A model generated the notes under the pieces. That model did not search any database, had not been told where the DNA came from, and saw only the letters and a program-made list of their open reading frames with translations. Below, one piece after another: positions 47,701 through 58,557 of a DNA stretch of 64,000 nucleotides. The position numbers and the translations under genes are program-made. How positions within the stretch are numbered: the first letter of the stretch is position 1; the number at the start of each line of letters is the position of its first letter. This DNA comes from Naegleria gruberi (lineage: Eukaryota). Where the stretch lies: assembly GCA_000004985.1 (NCBI GenBank), contig GG738870.1, one strand, 5' to 3'.

Positions 47701-47844
47701 TGTAGATGATGACGATTGACTTGAACTTTGTTCAGTAGTAGTGGTTGAATTGGTAGCAGAATAAACAAAAGTCAAACAAGTTACCAACAAAATCACACCT
47801 ACTAAAAGATGTGATCGAGTGAAAGGTCTCTGACTTTTAACCAT
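44706..47844 (-). CDS. ELAPOR/EIG121 (KIAA1324, UPF0577)-like type I membrane receptor; 2 exons (47502..47844, 44706..47461) with a 40-nt intron
   Basis: Signal peptide, Thr/Ser-rich linker (TNSTTTTEQSSSQSSSSTNPTSATTSTNTPTTTTTT), repeated C.xCP.G(T/S)(F/Y) ephrin-receptor-like Cys modules, one TM helix (LTAVTALFVFGSVFVCLVAVIIFFYF) and an acidic tail. Colinear blocks with human ELAPOR1: 'CEPCNAGEY'~'CSFSCNAGEF'; 'ECTSNDYYAYHTPCSNGKRTLVYEWKSPRICSGGVALPEKK'~'[46 protein letters not shown]'; 'YVWKEPKICLDGESLP'~'YVWREPKLCSGGISLP'. The intron gtaagt..caaag joins in phase 1 (..FPCS|NLVCDNGYF). Confidence 0.75.
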
Positions 47845-49183
47845 TATGTGTTTTCAATAAATAAATTAAACTTCCGAAGATCAAAATCCTTCTTTAAATA
47901 AACAATGTACCAGAGTTGATACTTGAACTTGGTTAATCAAACAACTCTAGAAGATAATCTCTCTGATGACAATATTTAAACGATCAGAAAATCCTACACA
48001 GCAGAAGAGAGAAGGATATCCAAGTGTGTTTGTTGTTTGGTTAATTTTTTTGATATGAAAGTCGCCGTAATTTAGCATGTCGTCAAGTGGAAGTGAGGAA
48101 ATCTGAGTAATCAATTCCCTAGAAATTTAGCTTGTTTTCGATTCATGTTGTTTGGAATTGAATGTTATCTTTTCAGATATCTATCATGATAGATATGATT
48201 GTGCATCAATGTTGGTTGCTAGAGTTGGACTTTTTACATCAATCGGATCTAAATTACTGTGCATGAAACTAATTGTCTAATACTTCGAGTGATATGAATG
48301 ATAATCCTTCCCTGACTGTTACAACTATTCATGAATTAATCCAACCCTACTAATACATGAATTAATCATCACATAGCTCTTCAGATTATATCAACACCAA
48401 ACAATATCATCATTCGCTGGATTAATATATCAACAAGCAAATTCAATTTTTAAAAAATTCAGGAAGAAAAAATATTTTTAAATGACTGTGCTCACAAACG
48501 CCTTTGAAATTGTATGTGCATCAAAAATTATTGTTTGATGATGACTTTTTGTTGCGGATTGTTTGGATGATAATATTCGGAATTGTTGGATGTTTTATTA
48601 TTTAATGAATAGAATTGTTCTGGGACGGAAGGAGATCATGTGTCATTAGAAGTTTGGAAAATTAAAGGAGACATTACAAGTTTATACAAATTTATCAAGG
48701 AATTGGAGAAGACTAATAATTTAATAACTTATGCACTTCTTGTTCCGAATCATTTGTATATTTTCTTTGTTGTTAGGTGTCACTTATCATTAAAACAAAA
48801 TATTCAAACAATTATTGATGAACAATCGGATTTATCAGGTTAGTAATAATATAAACAAAATTTACCAAAAACAAAAATAGTTGAAAAAAGGCAATTCAAT
48901 GATTTCAAGGAATTAAATAGTGAGGAAAGCAAGTTATTAACAGTGTCTGTCAAAAATTGGATTAGAAAGTATGTGCAAAATTACAAAAATTAATTAATAA
49001 TATTATAGTACTTTAATTATTGAGCATTCTCACAAAGCACAAGGATCATTTATTTATCCTTCAAATAGTGAAAAGTATTTCAGCACAGAAAATGGCACTA
49101 TGGTATCTATTTGTGGATTCACTTTGTCGTGTATCATCTTCACTAATTTATCATTGAAGGTTTTTATCAATTTGAAGAATAAG

Positions 49184-52100
49184 ATGTTTAAAAAGATAAA
49201 TACAGACGAATCAAGCTTAAGATCATATTCTAAGAATAAGACTCCTTCTTGGGGTAAGTTGACTTTTAATAGTTGTTATTAACTTTTTAAAGTTTTGACT
49301 CCATTTAAAGGAATTCTTGGTAGATTAACAACCAAAGAGAAGGATAAATCGAGAAGTAATGAAAATTCTAATATGCAAAACCAAGTTACTGTACTTCTTG
49401 AGGGTACACCTATTTCATTCGAGTGTAATGATTATCTATTATCTTTGGACAGTAATGATCAAAGTTTAGAAAGATATTTCCCTTCACAGAGAAATTTACC
49501 TCGTCAAAATCCTCAATCTAGATCCAAAATTCAAAAACAAAAAATTTCCTCTACACCATCCAATAATGCATCAAAAAATAACAAAAGAACATCAAACGAT
49601 GCATCAACGAATGGAAAAAATACATCTTCTAAGAAGACTAAAATGCAATCTGAGACAGACATGGCCAAAGAAGAGGTTTTACCAGCCTACATGTATAATA
49701 GAAAAGAAAAGAAAAATACCACGAATAATTTAACCCTATCACCTACTCTTAATAATGTGACAGATCCAATATCTAGCATTACTGAAAGTGCTATAGATGA
49801 ATTTGCAAATATTATTAATAATCCAATACCTCAACCATCATCTTCGTTAATGGATGCAACTATTCCACCTGAACCTAGTTCACAATCTCAAAGAGCTGAA
49901 GTAGATGCTCAACTTTTGACAGCAGATCAGTTTAATGAGCTATTAGACTCTTTTGATTGTTGGGGACCTTCAGATGCAGAGATAGCATCTCAACCTGAAC
50001 CTCAACCAACTCCACAAATCAAAACTGAATCCATTGTGGAAACTCCTGTCGACATTCAACCTCTAAATAGCACACCTTTTAATCCCCAAACTCCCTCTCA
50101 ATCAGTGACTTCAACACCAAACAGACCGTACGAAGAGATCAAACAATTTAAAGAAATTTTAGAACATAGAGAATCTCAGAGAAAAAATGTTCAAGACCTA
50201 CAAAGAGGTCTCACTCAAATGAATTTAAATTATGAACCTGAAGTACGACAAACTCGCCAATACTCCAGTTTTACATCCAGTTTTGTTGGAATTAAAGACG
50301 AAAGATCAAGTAATCAAAAACAAGAAATTGCTAAAAATGATTACTCCTCCTATTTCACTAATCCATGTTATAATTCATCTTCAAATGAGGATAGAATATA
50401 TCCAACAAGAACTAATTTTGTCCCAACTTCGAATTATCCAGAAAATCGTTTATTCAACCTCCCTCAAAATGAATACGCACAAATGTTAAAAGAACAAGAA
50501 AGAAAGTTAAGAAAAGAAAAGAAGGAAAAAAAGGAAAAGAAAAAGAAAGAAGAAGTTAAAGAAACTAATGATCAAGCAGTTCCTTCAAATGTTGAAGAAT
50601 CATTTGAGGAAGAAATATTTTTCTATGATTTCTGCCATAGTGATGCCACTGATATGTTTGAAATAATACCTCAACAAAATAGTCAATGGTCGCTATCTGA
50701 AATTTTGAAAAAATCATTAGAGTTAATATCAAACGAATCAGAATTTAACAAGAGTGATATTCTATCGTTCATAATGGATGGTTGCTGGAAAGATTCTGAA
50801 ACTCCTTGTGAATACCCACAAAAATCCGTCAAATTATCTAATAATACTATGGAAGTAATTCAAGTTGTTTCTAGATGCAATTTCCAAACAGATGATTTAT
50901 CAAATGATTTAACACTAACAGATGAATCTCTACCAATACTTTACAAGGTTTCTGATATTCTATCTAGGGTTGGTGATGAAACAATTAAGGGACCACTAAA
51001 AGATATTTCTTCCATTTTACAACTAGATACTCCAACAGTACGAGTGGGATATATGGAACAATGGTTAGATTCACAGCCAGATATTATATCCGAATGGGAA
51101 AAATCTCTTTTGGAGCCTTATGCATCACCAAAGAGGATTAATTTCTGTGTTATTGGTGTGGAACCTGCACAATTTAATGTAAATGATGGTGTATACTCGG
51201 ATTTGTATGGTTTCTTTGAGAATCTTAGTACTATTTATGAAATATGCAAATTGGGAACACATGTACCCATTCATAACGAGTTTATCACAGATGGTATCGT
51301 ACCAATAGCTTACAAATATTCTCAACCTTCTCCATCTGGAACTAAGTCACAAAAAATTCAACTTGAAGAATTCATAGAACAATTCCAAAAATCAGCAAAG
51401 AAAGTCGAACAAGGAATAATCAACTTTTATAACAATTATAGTAAGGAAGAATGCGTTTTAATTTATGTTGTTTTCCCATTCCACTTGATTGAAAAAATTG
51501 AGGCTACAAGTACAGCAAGTGTATCCACAATTTTATACAATGTGTTTGGAACCATAATTGATAATTTACAACTTGAAATACCCGATGTCATTCCATTCAT
51601 TCACTTTGTTGATCAAAAATTAGTTGATGAGCCATATATTCACCGACCTATTGCAACTCTGAAACATATCTCACTTTCAGCTTTTAACAAGTGTAGAAGA
51701 CAGCAAAAGAGATGGAATAATTGGAATGGATATTCATCATTACTTCATGAGCCATCTGTTGTTCTTACACCAATGGTATTAAATCAAGATACAAGTAGAA
51801 ATCCTTCTCCTTATGCAGAATTGCAGAGTCTAAAACTCATACTTTTCTGCGCTTACAGTATTACAGAAGTAGAAAATGGAGAATTTTTCGTTACTTGTGT
51901 TTGGACAGATTATCCTGGTAATTTATTGGAGTCAGCAATATTTGAAAGCTCTGAATATATGACAGATGAAGGAAGGAGAAGTAATGTCATTGATGCCATT
52001 ATTCAAAAAATTCATGAGCAAAGTACAACATACATGTCAAGTTTGGCATTAGGCAATCAATTGGATCTTTTCTGGGAGTACACCATTTGCAAAGTAGCAC

Positions 52101-52597
52101 CAACAAATAAGTGTACCTCTGTACACATGTCAGAGGAAGAGTTAAATGCTTGGACAAAAGTTAGAGCAAGTGTTTTAAAAGGTGCCATGTATTTAACATC
52201 TTTGAATGACAATCCATCAACACAATTTTTCAAGATTAGCTCTCCTGAAAGCACACCCTCTCTTCACTTCCATGAGGATTATGGTTATATCTTCACTCCG
52301 TCAGAAGAAGAGGCAAGAGTTGATAGAGTTAATCAAGACCAAGATTCTTCTAGACAAGAAGTTGTCGTTTACCCTAAGAGTGTATTGGAAGTAAGATTAT
52401 TTGTTAAGGAAACTGAAAAGAATTTGCATACTTTCAATGTTAGGCAAGTTTGTAAACAATTATTCAATTTGAGTTGGTTGACAGTTTCTCCATTATACCC
52501 TAGTAGATATACTGTCCTTCCTATTCATATTCAATTACTAAGAAATATTAATACGAATATTAACAGATATATCCAATACAAGTCATCACAGAAATAA
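49184..52597 (+). CDS. Large S/T/P/Q-rich protein (about 1125 aa), unknown function; 2 exons (49184..49253, 49293..52597) with a 39-nt intron
   Basis: ATG 49184, MFKKINTDESSLRSYSKNKTPSW, then gtaagt..ttaaag in phase 1 into the long ORF (VLTPFKGILGRLTTKEKD...). The N-terminal half is low-complexity; the C-terminal 600 aa is ordered and conserved-looking but was not recognised. Confidence 0.5.
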
Positions 52598-52600
52598 AAT

Positions 52601-54033
52601 TTACTTTTGTTCTTCGAATATTAAATTTTCGTCTGTTTGCAAATATTTGGCATCTCCTGTTAAAGCAAAAGCAGAGTGATTAGAAGCAATTACTCTTAAT
52701 ACTGTTTTGTCTGCCAAAATGGCCAGTTTTTCAGGATAATCAACCATCTTGGCACTGTCTTTACCTAGGCCAGTTTCACCATATCTTCCTTTTCCAAAGA
52801 CAAAAACTTCTCCTTTTTCATTTACAACATAATTACAGGTTTCTGAACAGGCTACCCAAACAATTTTTTGTGAACTAAAGAAATGGTTTCTATATACAGT
52901 AAGGTCGTTTTTCTTTAAAATATACTTTCCAGTTAAATCCAAATTTTTTTCAGAAAGAGATCTTTCAGAATCCACAAGGAATGGCTTGTGAATTATATTC
53001 TCATCGCTTAATTCAAGATTTTTCAATAATCTTACATAACCAGCGTTATCTAAGGTATAACCCCAACAGTAAACACTTCCATCGGATGTTCTAGCAAGAG
53101 CATGATTAGTACTTGCTGCTACTTGCACAATTCTTCTTCCATTTAAGGAATGCATTAATAGTGTTGGAACTGTCATAATTTCGCGTTTGTCATCTCCTCC
53201 AGCAACATTTTTACCTCCCCATTGATAAACTGAAAGATTGAAGCATTGGTATCATGTGATACTTAAATTGTTTACATACCTTCATATGTTGAACTTAGGG
53301 CAACATTTACATGCTCCTTGGTGGAACAGGAGGAACAAAGCCACTCAATATCTTCAATCTTCTTAAAATATGGTTGGTCTGCAAAATCACCATGGCCTAA
53401 TTGTCCAAAAGATCCCAATCCAGCTGTATAAATCTTTCCTTTTCCAGTTATTAATACAGTGTGTCTTGCTCCACAAACAGCCCTTCTTATTTTTCTAGAA
53501 ATCATTTGATCCACCAACACTGGTTTTGACATGTTAGTGTTATGACCCAAACCTAATTGATAATTGAAATTGGCTCCACAAACATAAACTCTTCCTTTAT
53601 GAGTAAGGAACACTGTATGCCTGTCTCCACAAGAAACATTAACAATATAATCATCCACAACATCAAAAACCACTTTCTTTGGTGTTGGGGAATCCTCAAA
53701 TGATCCTATTCCCAACTGTCCATTTTGATTCCTACCAAATGCATACACATTACATTGGTCTGTTACTATAACTGTATGACTGCCACCAGAACTAACGTGG
53801 GCAATCTTTTCTCCTTTGACGAGGAAACTTTCTTGCTTCATTCTTGTTGGCTGTGATACAAAATTAATTAATTCATGTTCATTAAATGCACCCTCAACAC
53901 CTAGTTGATTGTTATTCATTCCCCACGAATAACATTCATCAAATTCATATTTTATGATGGTATTTGAAGCGGAGGGAGTTGTTGTATTGAGGCTTTGCAT
54001 TTTTAAAGCTTTTTTTTTAAAGTTTGGCGCCAT
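52601..54033 (-). CDS. RCC1-repeat (regulator of chromosome condensation-like) protein; 2 exons (53280..54033, 52601..53229) with a 50-nt intron
   Basis: Repeated 'G..HT(V/A).....G.V(Y/F).(F/W)G.N..GQLG.G' blades: 'YSWGMNNNQLGV..', 'YAFGRNQNGQLGIGS', 'YVCGANFNYQLGLGH', 'YTAGLGSFGQLGHGD', 'YCWGYTLDNAGYV', 'FVFGKGRYGETGLGK'. Intron gtatgt..tttcag in phase 1. Confidence 0.75.
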
Positions 54034-54315
54034 TTGTAATTAGCGCTAAATTAAAATACAACACAACCCTTCTTCATTTGGAAGCCTCATAAACCGAATC
54101 AGTTAGTGGCTTTCTCCACAATTTTTGAATTGATGCCAGATCGTGAGATGAAATTTTAAGGATTTGGCACTTGAAAAGATTTCAAAGTTGGCTCAATCTT
54201 CAGCTAATTATCAAAAGATTGTTGTTTGATTTCTTCTAGAAAACCCAATTTTTTTAAAGATAACAACTGTTGGTCTACTTATTCTATGCAATTTTTTAAA
54301 AGATATTAACGTGAA

Positions 54316-54387
54316 GGGACCATGGTCTAGTGGTATGATTCTCGCTTTGGGTGCGAGAGGCCGTGGGTTCGATTCCCACTGGTCCCC
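54316..54387 (+). tRNA. tRNA-Pro (anticodon UGG)
   Basis: GGGACCATGGTCTAGTGGTATGATTCTCGCTTTGGGTGCGAGAGGCCGTGGGTTCGATTCCCACTGGTCCCC gives a perfect cloverleaf (7/4/5/5 stems) with anticodon loop CTTTGGGTG; near-identical to metazoan tRNA-Pro; T-rich terminator follows. Confidence 0.9.
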
Positions 54388-54432
54388 GATGCATTTTATT
54401 TTGTTATCTTTTTTGTTGCATACGTCATCCAT

Positions 54433-54482
54433 NNNNNNNNNNNNNNNNNNNNNNNNNNNNNNNNNNNNNNNNNNNNNNNNNN
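54433..54482. other. Assembly gap (50 N)
   Basis: Run of 50 n characters; truncates the 3' end of the adjacent minus-strand gene. Confidence 1.
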
Positions 54483-54931
54483 CGTTCAACAATTAATAGG
54501 GCTTTTTTTTTGATGTTGTCTTCGAATAACTCATCTCTTTCATCCGTCTCTTCCTCAACAGAAGAACAAATTCTAGTTACCAATTTTGCTACCAGAGCAT
54601 CTTTTCTAAGATTACCTCCTGTCTCTCCAAATTCACTCTTCAAAAACTCCTTCAAAAACTTGACATTTTTCATTGTCAATTGATCACGGATTGCCTCTTC
54701 CACATTCTCAAACTTTCGTTTTGTTCCTTTTTTTAGCTTCTTTGGTTTTTCTTCTTTTTTCTTGCCTGGTGTTTTTTCATCTTTCTTTTTACTGGGTGTG
54801 TTATCTGGTTGATCTTGTGTACAGGTCCATGAAGGAACTTGAGATACTGAAGGTAGCAAATCTATTAAATTGCTATAGCTGGAGAAGCTTTGTGGTGAAG
54901 TGTCATAGCTACTCGATTGCTTGTTTGACAT
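54483..54931 (-). CDS. SAP-domain protein, K-rich; 3' end lost in the N gap (partial)
   Basis: ATG 54931; 'LTMKNVKFLKEFLKSEFGETGGNLRKDALVAKLV' fits the SAP motif (L..L.V.eLK.eL...gL...G.K..Li.RL). The ORF runs into the N run. Confidence 0.5.
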
Positions 54932-55265
54932 TTTATAAATTTATTGCTTCTTCTGCTGATTGGAAGTTTTGATGTGTGTTTTGCAAGTTTCTTGATCAAA
55001 GTGGAAATTTATATTTAGACTTTCTTGCAGTTCGTCAGCAAGTAATTGTACTACATTGTAGAATTGCTTGTAGTTCAAAAAATAATTGCTTGCATTTCAT
55101 TGTAGAATTGCTTGCACTTCATTGCGTAACCACAGTACGTCACCCATTCACTATTTTTAAATTATCACCAAAACTAATTAAAAAATCTCTGCTCGAGATC
55201 CTCTCTGTTGCTTCATCATCGGGATCTCATCACATATTAAATTATTTAATAATCACCAATAATTC

Positions 55266-56087
55266 ATGCCAACCTTACAAAAACTAACATACACTAAAAA
55301 CGACATGAAGGATAGTGAACAGTGGTTACTTGTTTTTAATGATGTTACAAATGCGTTAAATATATTAGGAGAGGAGGTTGATAAAAGAAACAAATTATTT
55401 AAAACTTCTCCCAACTCTGGAGACTTGACAAAAATCAGCTCGGAAATCAGAAGACAATTTAAATCAATTGAAAGAGTTTTAATAGATTTAAAGGAAACAT
55501 TACCAACAATTGCAAATGAAATTTCTAAAAAGGAAGCATTGAGAAGGAAGGACGAATTACAAACACTAATCCGAAAGGAACAAGATTTTAAAAAGATGTT
55601 TGATAATCCTGCAACTGCAAGAAATGAGTTGTTTGAGGATGATGTACCAATAATTGTCAAAAAGAATTATTCAAGAGATGAGGAACCAGAATCAATAAGA
55701 GATTTGGAAGGTCATCAGATATTATCTTATCAAAAGAAGGTAATGGATGGTAGGTTTTAAATTTCTTCTTGGAACTTATTGGAATTTTAAATTATTTTAG
55801 ATCAGGATAAGAGTTTGGATGCTCTGAGTAATGCCTTGTCCAGAACTAAACAAATTGGATTGAGTATTGATGATGAATTGGATGAACATACACGTTTATT
55901 GGAAGATATTCATGAAAATGTAGATATTACTGAATCTAAAATCAAGGTTCAAACCAAAAAGATGGTAAATCTTGCCAAGAAGAACTCGTTCACTTGTTGG
56001 GGAATTATTATAGCCGTCATTTTATTTGTAATTATTATTGCCCTTTTGATTGTGTTATTTACAACCACAAAATATTTCACAAAATAA
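55266..56087 (+). CDS. Qc-SNARE (syntaxin 8/6-like t-SNARE) with C-terminal TM anchor; 2 exons (55266..55749, 55801..56087) with a 51-nt intron
   Basis: SNARE heptad motif 'LDALSNALSRTKQIGLSIDDELDEHTRLLEDIHENVDITESKIKVQTKKM' followed by the TM helix 'WGIIIAVILFVIIIALLIVLF'. Intron gtaggt..ttttag in phase 1 (..KKVMD|DQDKSLDAL). Confidence 0.7.
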
Positions 56088-56183
56088 AGATTGAAATATT
56101 ATTGTAACCTATTGAGAGAATTTCATCAACTCAGTTTCATCTTGTTGAAAAATAAAACTTTATTTTTAGCAAGTAGATAAAAA

Positions 56184-57430
56184 ATGAGTTCTGTTCGGTC
56201 CTATCCAATTAATGGAGGTGTTGGTGAGCAGGATTACGTGATTCATCTGACCATTCCTGATAGTGTGCTTTCGAACATTGTACAAAATCCTGACCAATTA
56301 AGTTTGAAATTCACATCGGATCCACTTGATAATGATATTGTAAGTTTATTGACTTGTGATGATTTTAATTGTTGTTGTTATTATTGTTGTAGAAATTCGA
56401 ATTTTCGTTTGGTTCTAACAAGATGGAATTATCAGCAGCATCAAAGAATGAATGTCCTGATCTTTATTGTTTGTCTGATAACAAATTTGAACATATAGGA
56501 ATGATTAAACATCGTGCAAATTTAAATTTGGATATGATGAAAGGGAGGGCTCCTAATCCACCTACTCTCACAAAGTCAGGTTCAAAACAATTTGGAAGTA
56601 AAGGTAGTAATTTAAATATAAGAACAGATAGAAAAAAGATTAGTGCATCATCGGCAAATCCTGATTCCATTGCTGCAAAATTCAGGAGAGATGTAGATTC
56701 ACCTGTAGTAATGAGAAAAACAGTTAGTCAAGCGAGTACATCATCAAATAATGAACAACAATCATCAAAACAAACAGAAAAAGTATCAAATAGTCAGTCA
56801 TCATCACAAGCATCAAATGTTATGCCCGAATCACCAAGATCAGATATGGATTCATCACCTATTCGTGGAGATGATTTCGGAAATGATTCTATGCCAGTTT
56901 CACCTTCCAATGAAGAAGAAGTGGAATCTAAGAATGAGTTTGATAGAACAAGTTATCCTCACAAACCACCTGTAAAAGCTAGACCTACAAGTAGTACATA
57001 TACAGTTAAAGTAGGAACAAAACAATTGCAAGCATTTAGTTTATTAACTGTTGCTATTGGTAGTGGAATTACTATTGGAGATACAACTGTAAAGCGACCT
57101 AACATTTCAAAAATTGAAACTTTTGAACAATATAACCAATACAAGAAGGAATTTAATGAGAACTACAAAAAATACAAGGAATTGGATAAAATACTGAATG
57201 ATAATGTAGAATACTTTAAGGGTTTAGCTAGTGAATGGAAAACACTTCCAAATGATGAAAAGACTGAATCCAACAATGAGATACAAAAACTATTTAACAG
57301 AAGAAAAACTGATGTTCAAACACTTACAAAAAAGTTTAACGCTATGCATGAAGAGTTAGATTGCATAAAGAAACTTTTGTTGGAATATGCCACTAGAAAT
57401 GCATCCAATGGAAAATCGAATGACATATAA
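56184..57430 (+). CDS. Hypothetical S/N-rich protein, about 400 aa; 2 exons (56184..56339, 56393..57430) with a 53-nt intron
   Basis: ATG 56184; gtaagt..tgttgtag in phase 0 joins ..DPLDNDI|KFEFSFGSNKMELSAASKNECPDLYCL...; middle is Ser-rich low complexity; C-terminal K/E-rich helix; no confident domain. Confidence 0.5.
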
Positions 57431-57498
57431 AGTACAATATAATAATTTATTCTTCCCTCCACCTCTGTAATAAAGTCTTTGTGAATATTATTAATGTT

Positions 57499-58377
57499 TT
57501 ATCCATTAGGTTTAACTGCACAGTTAGAAATCAAGTGAGAGAGTTCACTTTCTGGTTGACAGAGAGAAACTTTGCTCAAGACTTCTCTCATTTGTTCAGC
57601 CAAATATTGTGCCATTGCTTTTCTAATTTGGAAGTAGCTGTGGGAAAGCGTCTGCAATTGTTTCACTCTCTTCCTTTCCAAAACCTCAAAGTGAGTCAGA
57701 ATATTGTAAACACTTCTGTCAACTTTTTGAATCAGTTCTTCTTGAGTTTTGATAACTTGCTTATCCTCGGCAATATAGGTTTCTAAATTCTTGACCTCAA
57801 AATCAATTTTTGTCTTTTCAGCTATTGAGGTGAGTGGAGCACTTTTAATTTCCTGCAACTTTTTCGATCGTTCGGCGCATCTCTTTCTCAATTTATCTAA
57901 TTCTTTAAGAGAGCTTGTTTTTTGTGCTTCCAAAATTTTAAACTCTGATTTTCCAGCCTTTGTGAGATCTTTAATTGTTTGAACAAGAACTCCAACTTTT
58001 TGGTATAAATCATCCAATGCAGAACACGGAGTGAATGGATCCTTAGTGAGTGTAGTCATTCCTATGCACATTTTGTGAACAATATTTACATCTTCTGGAG
58101 GGTTTTTGTGCAGGTTTGTATTTGTGGTAAAGGCCTCTACACTTGTCAGTGTTGCCTTATTCATTGTTCTATAATATTCCGAAGTTTTCTTAATTGCTTT
58201 TCCAAAACTTTCCACCTCCTCTGCGTTCTTCTTTAATAAACTCAATACATCAGGAACATTATTAATTAACCTCATTGAAAATTTCGATTCTCCTCTCAGC
58301 TCATCCGAAGGAGAATTGCCCAATATTAAACCAACATCAACAACAAGAGGTGCTTGTTTCGATACTATACCACCCAT
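57499..58377 (-). CDS. N-myristoylation-motif coiled-coil protein (MGGIVSK...), 292 aa; paralogue of the N-terminal module of the divergently transcribed calpain-like gene at 58558
   Basis: N-terminal MGGIVSKQ (MGxxxS/T N-myristoylation consensus). Shares with its neighbour the blocks 'ILTHFEVLERKRVKQL..L' ~ 'ILTHLEIMEKKRFIELKEL' and the overall coiled-coil layout. Confidence 0.6.
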   Translation of the reverse strand: MGGIVSKQAPLVVDVGLILGNSPSDELRGESKFSMRLINNVPDVLSLLKKNAEEVESFGKAIKKTSEYYRTMNKATLTSVEAFTTNTNLHKNPPEDVNIVHKMCIGMTTLTKDPFTPCSALDDLYQKVGVLVQTIKDLTKAGKSEFKILEAQKTSSLKELDKLRKRCAERSKKLQEIKSAPLTSIAEKTKIDFEVKNLETYIAEDKQVIKTQEELIQKVDRSVYNILTHFEVLERKRVKQLQTLSHSYFQIRKAMAQYLAEQMREVLSKVSLCQPESELSHLISNCAVKPNG

Positions 58378-58557
58378 CTTTCTCTATGATGATGATGATT
58401 TCATTCAGTGATGGAAGATGATTTTAGAAAGGTATTGTGATGGTTTTTTTTCGTTTTGGGCGCAGTATATACTACAACGAATGCCTTATCGCACTCAACA
58501 CATGTCTTTTTAGCCCGAATAAAAAAGCACAACCAACAATACAACAATAACATCATC

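Noticed and set aside
54311-54683. Track ORFs spanning the N gap (X-containing translations) and antisense to tRNA-Pro
   Set aside because: Artefacts of translating through the 50-N assembly gap and the tRNA gene.
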